Assembly (NCBI GenBank): GCA_046705145.1
Contig: JBJKQO010000054.1
Coordinates: forward strand, 8,199-72,198
Source: Candidatus Woesearchaeota archaeon
GTDB lineage: Archaea > Nanobdellota > Nanobdellia > Woesearchaeales > JBJKQO01
Length of the DNA stretch: 64,000 nt
Reading direction: 5' to 3'
This document shows positions 48,818 through 56,973 of this stretch, piece after piece. The first letter of the stretch is position 1. The number at the start of each line of letters is the position of its first letter. The notes beneath the pieces were generated by a model, which saw only the letters and a list, made by a program, of their open reading frames with translations, made no database searches and was not told the origin of the DNA. Position numbers and translations under genes: made by a program.

Positions 48818-50381
48818 TCTTATACACCCTCAGCGAATCTGTATTGTAGACAAGGCTGTACTTGTCTTTTGAAAGGTTTTTTTCCCAGGAAAGCAGGCCC
48901 TGGGCTATGTCCGACCTTTGCGAAGCGATTATGTCGTTATAATCTACGAGCAGGTAGTTTGCCTGTGACGCATTTGGGTGCGTGTCACCCAAAAGCTGGT
49001 AATCATAAACAGGATAGTCAAAAGCAAGAAATCCCATGAATTTTTTCTTTGCTGGGACAAGTGTTCCTGCTATCCTAAGGTATGAGTTTTCAGGCGTGTT
49101 CTGGGTTAGCCATACTGTCGCGTCATACTCTGAACCGGTTATCCTTGATGCTCCTGAATAAGCATACTTCATGTTCTCATATGCTAAAGGAGCGCTCATG
49201 GTGATGACTGCTATCATGAATGCTGCTGCAAGGCCGTACCTGAAAAAGGTCTTTTTCTGTTCTGAAAGCTTGAAAAATGATACTATCCCAAGAAGGCCTA
49301 TTGTCATGAGAGGTATGAAAAGGTGCGCTTCTCCTGCAAGAAACCGGTGTATCCTTCCTGTGAATCCTATTATGCCAAGATGGTAGCATAGGTAGATCGT
49401 GACAAGCCATGAGAGCATTAGGAAATCGCGGCGCTTCCTGTTGAGCGCAAGCGATAATACCCCTAAAAGCAATAGTGGCAGAGTCCATATTCCGAAAGTG
49501 TAGGAGTATGAAAAAAAGTCATTTGGCACAGACCCATTTGCTATGCTTGCCGGAGGGTACCACCTGAATAAAGATGAGAGGGACATCTTGTCTGCGTTTC
49601 CTTTCGATACGTCTGTGTTTTTTGCGTAAAGGAGAGGAAACTGCAGGAACGGTGCGAGGAGAAGTACGAAGACAAGTGCGGCAACTGCTGCTGTCTTCCA
49701 GTTGAAAGGAAGTTTTTTCTCCTTGAATGATATCACTGCAGTGAACAGGATTATGGCAAGAAGCGAGACTCCGAATGTTTGCGGGTGGAAGAAGAACTGT
49801 GTCGCTGCAAGTATCACTGTCATGATAAGATATGTCTTTTTCTCTTTCTTGTCCATCACAGATTCGACATAAGAATAATAAGAGTATAGTATCGCAGGGA
49901 TCATTACAAATGCTGCCTTTTCAGGCCAAAGCGCCCAAAGGAATGTCTGGTAGTCCCTCACTGAAAATATCAGCGCAAATGACGATATGAAAGCAGGAAG
50001 AAAGCCGTATAGCTTCCTTATCAGCAGATAGCTTGAGAACACGAACATCATGGACATCACTGTGACAAAAAGGTAAAACCCAAGTATCCTTGAGCCTGAT
50101 GTTCTTTGGGCTATCGCAGCGTCAAGATGGAACTGCGGCGAATACCACAGCTTACCGTTGGCAAGCGAGCCGTACATGTAGCTTATGTAAGGCGGAAGAA
50201 GATACATCGGCATGTTTGTCTTGGCCATATAATCCGAGATCGTGAAGTGAGCAGGAGCATCTACATCTCCAAAAGGCATCTGGCTCTGCTGCATGGGAAG
50301 GGTCCAGAAGAAGAGCGCTATCATCACAAGCGCAAGCACGAACCACTTCTCGTTCTTCCCCGGCAAAGAAAACCTGACCAT
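48807..50381 (-). CDS. GT-C/AglB-like polytopic membrane protein
   Basis: GDVDAPAH loop, multiple TM helices, C-terminal soluble domain. Confidence 0.75.
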   Translation of the reverse strand: MVRFSLPGKNEKWFVLALVMIALFFWTLPMQQSQMPFGDVDAPAHFTISDYMAKTNMPMYLLPPYISYMYGSLANGKLWYSPQFHLDAAIAQRTSGSRILGFYLFVTVMSMMFVFSSYLLIRKLYGFLPAFISSFALIFSVRDYQTFLWALWPEKAAFVMIPAILYSYYSYVESVMDKKEKKTYLIMTVILAATQFFFHPQTFGVSLLAIILFTAVISFKEKKLPFNWKTAAVAALVFVLLLAPFLQFPLLYAKNTDVSKGNADKMSLSSLFRWYPPASIANGSVPNDFFSYSYTFGIWTLPLLLLGVLSLALNRKRRDFLMLSWLVTIYLCYHLGIIGFTGRIHRFLAGEAHLFIPLMTIGLLGIVSFFKLSEQKKTFFRYGLAAAFMIAVITMSAPLAYENMKYAYSGASRITGSEYDATVWLTQNTPENSYLRIAGTLVPAKKKFMGFLAFDYPVYDYQLLGDTHPNASQANYLLVDYNDIIASQRSDIAQGLLSWEKNLSKDKYSLVYNTDSLRVYKIED

Positions 50382-50426
50382 AAGTTCCCCAAAACAAGGA
50401 TAGTATTAAAAGGTTATGGAAAAGGA

Positions 50427-50662
50427 GGCTTTTGTCCAAAAAGTCCTACTTCGCTGACTTCACGCGGAAAATATGTTTCCGCTGGGTCACACAAAGCTTC
50501 GCTTTGGTGACTAACCCTATACTTGATGTATATGAACATAGTCAGCTCCGTCGGGCCATGTGTTTGGCAAAGCCAAACGCCAGCAAATCTATTTGCGCTG
50601 CCTTGATTTGCATTCGCAAATCAACGCAAAACAAGGCACCGACGAACTTTTTGGACAAAGCC
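50427..50662. mobile_element. Modular MITE-like palindromic element, copy 3
   Basis: Inverted repeat GGCTTT(T)GTCCAAAAAGT; flanks GGAAAAGGA/TGAAAAGTA (7/9); blocks A 50439-50458, B 50541-50560, C 50635-50652. Confidence 0.82.
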
Positions 50663-50711
50663 TGAAAAGTATCACAGTTCCCAAACGTTTTTATAATCCT
50701 TCCATTCTTTT

Positions 50712-51569
50712 GTGTGTATGAAACTCAATCCGTTCATGTCTGTGATAATAGGAGCTACTATTGGCGGCTTGGGCGGCGTGTTCATAAAGATGTTGGGGCT
50801 GCCTGCGACGACAATCACTTTCTTCAGGCTGGCTGTTCCTGTCTTGCTGCTGTCCTTATACCTTAGCTGGAAGAAGACAAAGATCTTCAGGGGAGATTAC
50901 AAGATAATGCTTTTTGCATCCTTGCTCAATGCAGCCAGGATGTTCCTGTACATAATTGCGTACTTGTACACGACGATCGCAAACGCGGTGATCCTTCTTT
51001 TCACTTATCCTATATTTGCGACAATATTTGGCATTTTCATACTTAAGGAAAAGGTCACGAAAAAAAATATCATTTTGCTTGCCCTTGCTTTCTCTGGCAT
51101 CATCTTCATGTATCTTAACAAGGAGATAAGCATGCAGAACAAGGATTTCATAGGCATGGCAGCTATGCTTGTTTCAGCTATCCTTGTCGCACTGATGTTT
51201 GTCATACTTAAGAAAGGGCGGGAGACCTATTCAAAAGCAGAGACCATATTTTTTCAGAATCTGGTTGGAGCGGTGATCTTTCTTCCGTTCATCTTCATCA
51301 ACAGGCCATTGCCTTCTCCTGCACAGATAAGCGTGGGTTTCAGCTATGGGCTGGTTGTGGGGCTTGTCGGGTTCATATTCCTGTTTTACGCGCTTAAGAG
51401 GATGAAGATGGCTGAGTATTCCCTGTTTGCGTATTGGGAGATAGTAGCTGCGATAGTGTTCAGCATAATATTCTTTAAGGAAATCATCACCTGGAACATG
51501 ATAGTTGGAGGAGCCCTTATAATCGTGCCTGGACTGCTGCTTAAGATAAGTGAGGAAAGGAAGAAGTGA
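50712..51569 (+). CDS. DMT/EamA family transporter
   Basis: Two EamA repeats, about 10 TM helices. ATG likely 50718. Confidence 0.92.
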   Translation: MCMKLNPFMSVIIGATIGGLGGVFIKMLGLPATTITFFRLAVPVLLLSLYLSWKKTKIFRGDYKIMLFASLLNAARMFLYIIAYLYTTIANAVILLFTYPIFATIFGIFILKEKVTKKNIILLALAFSGIIFMYLNKEISMQNKDFIGMAAMLVSAILVALMFVILKKGRETYSKAETIFFQNLVGAVIFLPFIFINRPLPSPAQISVGFSYGLVVGLVGFIFLFYALKRMKMAEYSLFAYWEIVAAIVFSIIFFKEIITWNMIVGGALIIVPGLLLKISEERKK

Positions 51570-51586
51570 GTCCGTCTTCTTAAAGA

Positions 51587-51785
51587 GGCTTTTGTCCAAA
51601 AAGTGCGTCGGTGCCGTGTATGCCATAGTATGCCTGAAGGGCATACATGGCATGGCCCGACGTAGCTGACAGGGCTTGTATACGCAAGTATACTCACAAG
51701 TTTGTCTCACAAACTTTTGAGTCCGCCAAACCCTAGTTTGGCGACACTGACATTGTCAGCGAAGTAGGACTTTTTGGGCAAAGCA
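51587..51785. mobile_element. Modular MITE-like palindromic element, copy 4
   Basis: Inverted repeat GCTTTTGTCCAAAAAGT/ACTTTTTGGGCAAAGC; flanks TCTTAAAGA/TCTGAAAGA (8/9); blocks C' about 51599-51615, B' 51651-51670, A' 51755-51774. Confidence 0.85.
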
Positions 51786-51830
51786 TCTGAAAGAAATAGG
51801 TTTATATAATATTGTTCTTCTTTTCATGTC

Positions 51831-52274
51831 ATGGCAGACAATTCACTGGATAGATATTCCAAACCTATAAGACAGGAGGACACAAGGCTTTCGACTGTGT
51901 TCTGGCTCAATCCGAGGGACTCAAAGAAAGGCAGGCTTTTCATCCCCCTGTTTGATGAGAGGTACCCTCTTAAGTTTCGCGCAAGGTTTGTTTATGTATC
52001 AAAATTTCTTGAAAAGGATAATGCTGCAGGAAACCATTACCATAAGAAGAAAGAGGAAGTGCTTGTCCCACTACAGGGGAAGTTTGATTTTTTCCTAGAA
52101 GACATAAACACAAAAGAGAAAGAAGTGTTCTCTCTTGGCTCGGATGATAACAAGGCAGTATACATCAGGACTGGAGTGTCCCACAAGATAGTCTCAAAGG
52201 ATAAGACAGGGATACTTATCGTTCTTGCATCAAGCCCCAGCAGCACGGATGACGAGATAGAATATGATTTGTGA
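51831..52274 (+). CDS. WxcM/FdtA-like cupin (nucleotide-sugar isomerase family)
   Basis: GNHYH..K.E.L..LQG and G..H cupin motifs. Confidence 0.75.
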   Translation: MADNSLDRYSKPIRQEDTRLSTVFWLNPRDSKKGRLFIPLFDERYPLKFRARFVYVSKFLEKDNAAGNHYHKKKEEVLVPLQGKFDFFLEDINTKEKEVFSLGSDDNKAVYIRTGVSHKIVSKDKTGILIVLASSPSSTDDEIEYDL

Positions 52275-52294
52275 TATTCTTACTATATTATGAC

Positions 52295-52453
52295 ACTGTT
52301 GAAAGTCTCGCTTGCGCTCGGGTAGCATCGTGCTCGCTTGTGATTCTTTATCATTCTAGGCTGACTTCCCCGTAAGGGACGCCCCCCACGTCAGCCTGAA
52401 TACTAAATCAAAAAGAAGCTCGCAAAATTGATCCTACCTTCACTTTCAACAGT
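52295..52453. repeat. Intergenic hairpin element with terminal inverted repeats
   Basis: ACTGTTGAAAGT/ACTTTCAACAGT (52295-52306/52442-52453); internal AGGCTGAC/GTCAGCCT stem; GC core 19/23 identical to 54692-54714 in the opposite orientation. Confidence 0.7.
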
Positions 52454-52516
52454 ACCTGCCATATTACGATAATTTTATAAACAAAGTAAATTTTAGGTGA
52501 CTCCAGAGGGGTAATT

Positions 52517-54637
52517 ATGGTTGGAAAAAAAGACGTGTTTGATATAGTTAATCAGTCTTCTGAGAAGGTCTATCTTGACACCTTAAAAAGGCTTGACACT
52601 GCAGTAAAGGCATATGGAGAGGAAAAAGAGCTTTCTTTTCCGCAGACCGAGTTTGAGCTTCCGGTGGTTTTCTGCCTTTACAAGGAGAAGATAAACAAGC
52701 TAGGGCAGCTTGTTACAGAGCTCAAGAAAAGGGGGTTTAAGAAAGGCGCAGAAGAAGATGCTGACACGCTTATCTTTAACAGCCTTACTGCGGCTATCTG
52801 CATCGAGATAGAGAAGGCGCTTGAGCTTCTTGAAGGGAAAAAGGATGATAACACATCCGGATTTATCCACGATGTCACGTTAAGGGAGCTTGGCGTGCAT
52901 CTTGTCGATGAGACCATAACCGGGATAGGCATACTTATCGGTAAGGCAAAGGATCCTTCTGCTGTGAATGAGCAGCTGGTAGAGATGCAGGAAAACGGCA
53001 TACTCACGCTTGTCTGCGGAGAACTGGCAGGTCAGCTGAAAGACACGGCAAAGATAGGCATGCAATACAGGACGATCATCCTAGGAGAGGATGAGGCTTC
53101 TATCATATTTGCTGTCAACCTTGCGCTAAGGGCTGCTCTTACTTTCGGAGACAAGAAGAGGGGGCAGGCGCAGGATATCGTGAGTTATGTGAATGCAAGG
53201 ATAAAGGCTTTCATAATAGCTGTTGGCCTTCCAAAAGAGACAACTCTCAGCCTTGCAGGCGCGGCACTTGCTCTTGGCATCCCTATAATTTCAGACCAGA
53301 ATCTTCCTCAGATAGACGGGCTTCTTTATCCTGTTAAGACAGATGAGCTTGTGAAAAAGGCATTTGAGCTAAAGAAGATCAAGACCCGTGCTAAAAAGAT
53401 CGACCTGCCTATAAGGTACGGCTTCATATACACTGGAGAAAGGATAAGGAAAGGCGAGTACCAGATGGAAGGCGGTGGGACAAAGTCACCTGGGTTCCTT
53501 CTTGTAAAAAAAGCTGGCCTTGATGAGATAAAAGATCATGATATCACTGTCATAGGGAAGGATATTGATGGGATTGAGGAAGGAGGGGTTCTCCCTCTTG
53601 GTTTTTACATACAGCTTGCCGGAGAGAAGATGCTTGAGGATTTCGAGTCGATAATCGAAGGCAAGATGGAGGATTTCATAAACCAGGGTGAGGGTGTCTG
53701 GCAGGTTGGGAAGAGGACTTTCACCTGGACCAGGATAAGTAAGGAGGCTTTCAAGAAAGGATTTAGGCTCAGGCACCTTGGGGAGATCATCTATTCGAAC
53801 CTTCATGAGGAGTACGGGCAGATAGTAGACAAGGTTTCTATTAAGATCGTGACTGATGAGTCAAAGGTTAATGAGCTTTTAACTGAGGCAAGATCAAAAT
53901 ATGAGAAAAGGGACAAGAGGATGAAAGGCATGACTGATGAGAGCGTTGATACTTTTTATACCTGCCTCTTGTGCCAGAGCTTTGCGCAGGACCATGTCTG
54001 CATCGTGTCTCCTGAAAGGGTAGGGCTTTGCGGTGCTGTAAGCTGGCTTGATGCAAAGACCGGAAACCAGATAAGCCCAAGCGGAGGGAACCAGCCTATA
54101 AGATTAGGTAATCAGACTGATGATGACAAGAGGGTCGGGCACTGGAACGAGATAGACAGGGCGATCGAAAGGGATTCTCATGGCGTGTTAAAAAGGGTGA
54201 ACATGTACAGCATCATGGAAGATCCTATGACAAGCTGCGGCTGTTTTGAGTGCATCGCAGCGATCCTTCCTGAGGCAAACGGCATCATTCTTGTCAACCG
54301 CGAGTTTGAAGGCATGACTCCGACAGGCATGAAGTTCACGACGCTTGCAGGGACTATAAGCGGAGGCCATCAGGTGCCAGGGTTTATGGGTGTCAGCAGG
54401 GCTTATGTCTCAAGCAAAAAGTTCATCCTCACAGAAGGCGGCATGAAAAGGGTGGTCTGGATGACAAGCGCGCTGAAGAAGTACCTTTCGGGGAAGATCG
54501 AGTCAAAAGAAAGCGAGATAGACCCTGCACTTATTGACATGATCGCTGATGAGAACTCCGCATCCACCCCCGAGCAGGTGATAGAGTACATAACTAAGAA
54601 GGACCATCCTGTGCTGAAGATGTCAAGCTTGATTTAA
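52517..54637 (+). CDS. acsB: Acetyl-CoA synthase (ACS), bacterial-type AcsB with N-terminal domain
   Basis: A-cluster ligand motifs CLLCQSFA..HVC...PER.GLCG and PMTSCGCFE; 706 aa with an N-terminal FPQTEFELP domain. Confidence 0.95.
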   Translation: MVGKKDVFDIVNQSSEKVYLDTLKRLDTAVKAYGEEKELSFPQTEFELPVVFCLYKEKINKLGQLVTELKKRGFKKGAEEDADTLIFNSLTAAICIEIEKALELLEGKKDDNTSGFIHDVTLRELGVHLVDETITGIGILIGKAKDPSAVNEQLVEMQENGILTLVCGELAGQLKDTAKIGMQYRTIILGEDEASIIFAVNLALRAALTFGDKKRGQAQDIVSYVNARIKAFIIAVGLPKETTLSLAGAALALGIPIISDQNLPQIDGLLYPVKTDELVKKAFELKKIKTRAKKIDLPIRYGFIYTGERIRKGEYQMEGGGTKSPGFLLVKKAGLDEIKDHDITVIGKDIDGIEEGGVLPLGFYIQLAGEKMLEDFESIIEGKMEDFINQGEGVWQVGKRTFTWTRISKEAFKKGFRLRHLGEIIYSNLHEEYGQIVDKVSIKIVTDESKVNELLTEARSKYEKRDKRMKGMTDESVDTFYTCLLCQSFAQDHVCIVSPERVGLCGAVSWLDAKTGNQISPSGGNQPIRLGNQTDDDKRVGHWNEIDRAIERDSHGVLKRVNMYSIMEDPMTSCGCFECIAAILPEANGIILVNREFEGMTPTGMKFTTLAGTISGGHQVPGFMGVSRAYVSSKKFILTEGGMKRVVWMTSALKKYLSGKIESKESEIDPALIDMIADENSASTPEQVIEYITKKDHPVLKMSSLI

Positions 54638-54763
54638 TGCTTTAGTGTCCTAAGGTGAAAATCCTTGCGCTAGTATATCAAGCGCGTAGACGGGGGTCGC
54701 CCCCTACGGGGAGGCCGCGCCTTCACAATCCAATCAAGGATTTTCAAGACACTAAAGCATTAA
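54634..54763. mobile_element. MITE-like long inverted-repeat element between acsB and acsD
   Basis: Perfect 16-bp IR TTAATGCTTTAGTGTC (54634-54649/54748-54763), second IR TGAAAATCCTTG/CAAGGATTTTCA, GC-rich core hairpin. Confidence 0.75.
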
Positions 54764-54790
54764 TCCTAAAAACAAATATCACAGATCAAA

Positions 54791-55660
54791 ATGCAGTTTC
54801 CAAAAGAGAGTTATCCGGGGAAGATAAGGGAGATAGATGCAGGAGGAAAAAGCATAGGTGGAGAAGCTGCTTTTCCGTTTCTTGACTTTGATGGGAAGAC
54901 AAGCAGGCCGCTTCTTGGCCTTGAGGTCTTCATAACCCCTCCTGAAAACGAGCTGTCGATAAGGGAATGGGGGCCTGTCTCTTCAGATTGTGCTGCCTGG
55001 GCGAAGGCTGCAGCAGAAAAAGCTGACATCATCTGTCTTGTAGTGAAAGAGGGTGATGATGAAGGGAAAGTCATTGCTGCATTGAAAGGTGTTCTTTCTT
55101 CTGTCAGTGTTCCTGTGATGGTCTCTTTTCCTGAGACTGAAAATTCTGTCTCGCTTATGCAGGCCTGCGCAAAGGAAGCGTCTGGGATGAAGAGAAGGAT
55201 AATGATCGCGATGGCAAAAGAGGAGAATTACAAGAAGGTCGGAGCACTGAGTCTCGTGTATAATCATGTCATAATTGCGCAGACACCCATGGATGTGAAC
55301 CTCATGAAGCAGCTTAACATACTTCTTTCTGAGATGGGCGTGAAAAAAGAGAACATAGTTATGGATCCTCTTTCAGCGGGCCTCGGCTACGGCCTTGAGT
55401 ACACTTACTCAACGATCGAAAGGCTGAAGATCGACGCGCTGAAAGGAGATGACGGGGTGGCGCAGCCTATCATCGCTTACGCATCAAAAGCATGGGATGC
55501 GAGGGAAACTTTTGATGAGAGCAAGGAAGTCGGAGACATAAGCAGGAGAGGCAAGGATTGGGAGGCAGCAACAGCTTTAAGCTTTCTTTGCGCCGGAGCA
55601 AACATCATAATGATCAGGAATCCTGAAGTGTTGGAGAGAGTAAGATGCCATCTGCAATAG
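54791..55660 (+). CDS. acsD: Corrinoid iron-sulfur protein small subunit (AcsD/CdhD)
   Basis: IGGE.AFPF, A..P.D.NL.KQLN, MDP...LGYGLEY.Y and AW...E motifs. Confidence 0.94.
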   Translation: MQFPKESYPGKIREIDAGGKSIGGEAAFPFLDFDGKTSRPLLGLEVFITPPENELSIREWGPVSSDCAAWAKAAAEKADIICLVVKEGDDEGKVIAALKGVLSSVSVPVMVSFPETENSVSLMQACAKEASGMKRRIMIAMAKEENYKKVGALSLVYNHVIIAQTPMDVNLMKQLNILLSEMGVKKENIVMDPLSAGLGYGLEYTYSTIERLKIDALKGDDGVAQPIIAYASKAWDARETFDESKEVGDISRRGKDWEAATALSFLCAGANIIMIRNPEVLERVRCHLQ

Positions 55661-56934
55661 AGATATACAAGGAGCTTCCTAAGACCAACTGCAAGGAGTG
55701 CGGCTATCAGACCTGCTTAGCTTTTGCGATGGCTCTTTCGCAGCAAAAAGAAAGCATAAGCAAATGCCCTTATGTGAAAGAAGATGTCAAGCAGAAGCTT
55801 CTTGATTCTACAAGGCCTCCGATAAGAGAGGTGATTTTCGGAAACTTAAAGCTTGGAAACGAGACTGTGATGTTTCGGCATGAGAACAAGTTCGTAAACA
55901 GGACAGCGATAGGCATCCTTATCTCAGGGGTGATGGAAGAAAAAGAGATAGAGAGAAGGATAAAGATCCTGGAAAGCTTTGATTATGAGAGGGTAGGGGA
56001 GCAGATAAGGCTTGATTTTGCTGCAGTTGAAGCAGATGATGAGAACGTGCTCAAGACGCTTTTGGATAAGGTAAGCAGGATCAAGAACATGCCTGTAATG
56101 ATAATATCAGACGCCAATACTCTTGAGAGGACAGCAGATGTCTGGCAACCTAAAAGGCCTGTCTTAAGGTTCAAGGATGGTGATCTTGGCAGGGCTTGCG
56201 AGCTCGCCAAAAAGACTGGCGCCTTGCTTGTGGTCGGGGCGCAGGAGATAGATGATCTTCTTTCTTCTTGTGAAAAGGCTCAGTCTGCAGGGGTGAAGGA
56301 CATACTGCTTGAGGTTGTCTCAAGCACGACAGGCGACCTTGTCAGGAAGCACACTATCATCAGGAGGCTTGCTGTCAAGGATAAGGATATAAAAGCAGGA
56401 TATCCTATGGTCAGTTTTCCGAAGAGCTTTGAAGAGGCTTGTATCAGCATGATAAAATATTCTTCGGCTATCGTGCTTGACAAGTTTGAGGATCAGCAGC
56501 TTTATCCTCTGGTCACGTTAAGGCAAAACATATTCACTGATCCAAAGCGGCCGCTTCAGATAGACCCTGGAGTGTATGAGATAAACAATGCGAAGGAAGG
56601 AGCCTTGCTTCTCACCACAAACTTTTCGCTCACTTACTTCACTGTCTCAAGCGACTGCGAGTCTGCAAGCGTTCCGTGCAGGCTGCTTGTTGTCGACACT
56701 GAAGGCCAGTCTGTGCTGACTGCTTTTGCTTCAGACAAGATAAATGCTGAAAAGATCGCCAAGTTCATCAAGGAAAAAGATATCGAGCACGTGGCAAATA
56801 CCAAGACCCTTGTGATACCTGGTTTCTTGGCGCACCTGAAGGGAGATCTGGAAGAAAAGAGCGGCTTTAAGGTGATTGTCGGGCCAAAGAACTCATCTGA
56901 CATCAAGAAGTTCCTAAACGAGATGAAAAAATGA
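55645..56934 (+). CDS. acsC: Corrinoid iron-sulfur protein large subunit (AcsC/CdhE)
   Basis: IYKELPKTNCKECG..TCLAFA...CPY [4Fe-4S] motif, ETV.FRH, TTNFSLTYF and SVLTA. Confidence 0.96.
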   Translation: MPSAIEIYKELPKTNCKECGYQTCLAFAMALSQQKESISKCPYVKEDVKQKLLDSTRPPIREVIFGNLKLGNETVMFRHENKFVNRTAIGILISGVMEEKEIERRIKILESFDYERVGEQIRLDFAAVEADDENVLKTLLDKVSRIKNMPVMIISDANTLERTADVWQPKRPVLRFKDGDLGRACELAKKTGALLVVGAQEIDDLLSSCEKAQSAGVKDILLEVVSSTTGDLVRKHTIIRRLAVKDKDIKAGYPMVSFPKSFEEACISMIKYSSAIVLDKFEDQQLYPLVTLRQNIFTDPKRPLQIDPGVYEINNAKEGALLLTTNFSLTYFTVSSDCESASVPCRLLVVDTEGQSVLTAFASDKINAEKIAKFIKEKDIEHVANTKTLVIPGFLAHLKGDLEEKSGFKVIVGPKNSSDIKKFLNEMKK

Positions 56935-56973
56935 TGCTTTAGTGTCACAATTCATATTTACCCAAATAAAAAA

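Noticed and set aside
50432-50665. 77-aa ORF (and 54655..54885, 8155..8496, 26526..26750)
   Set aside because: These lie in or across palindromic elements or antisense to real genes; no transposase motifs.
8394-51785. CRISPR array
   Set aside because: The repeats are dispersed single elements, not regularly spaced repeat-spacer arrays, and no cas genes were recognised.
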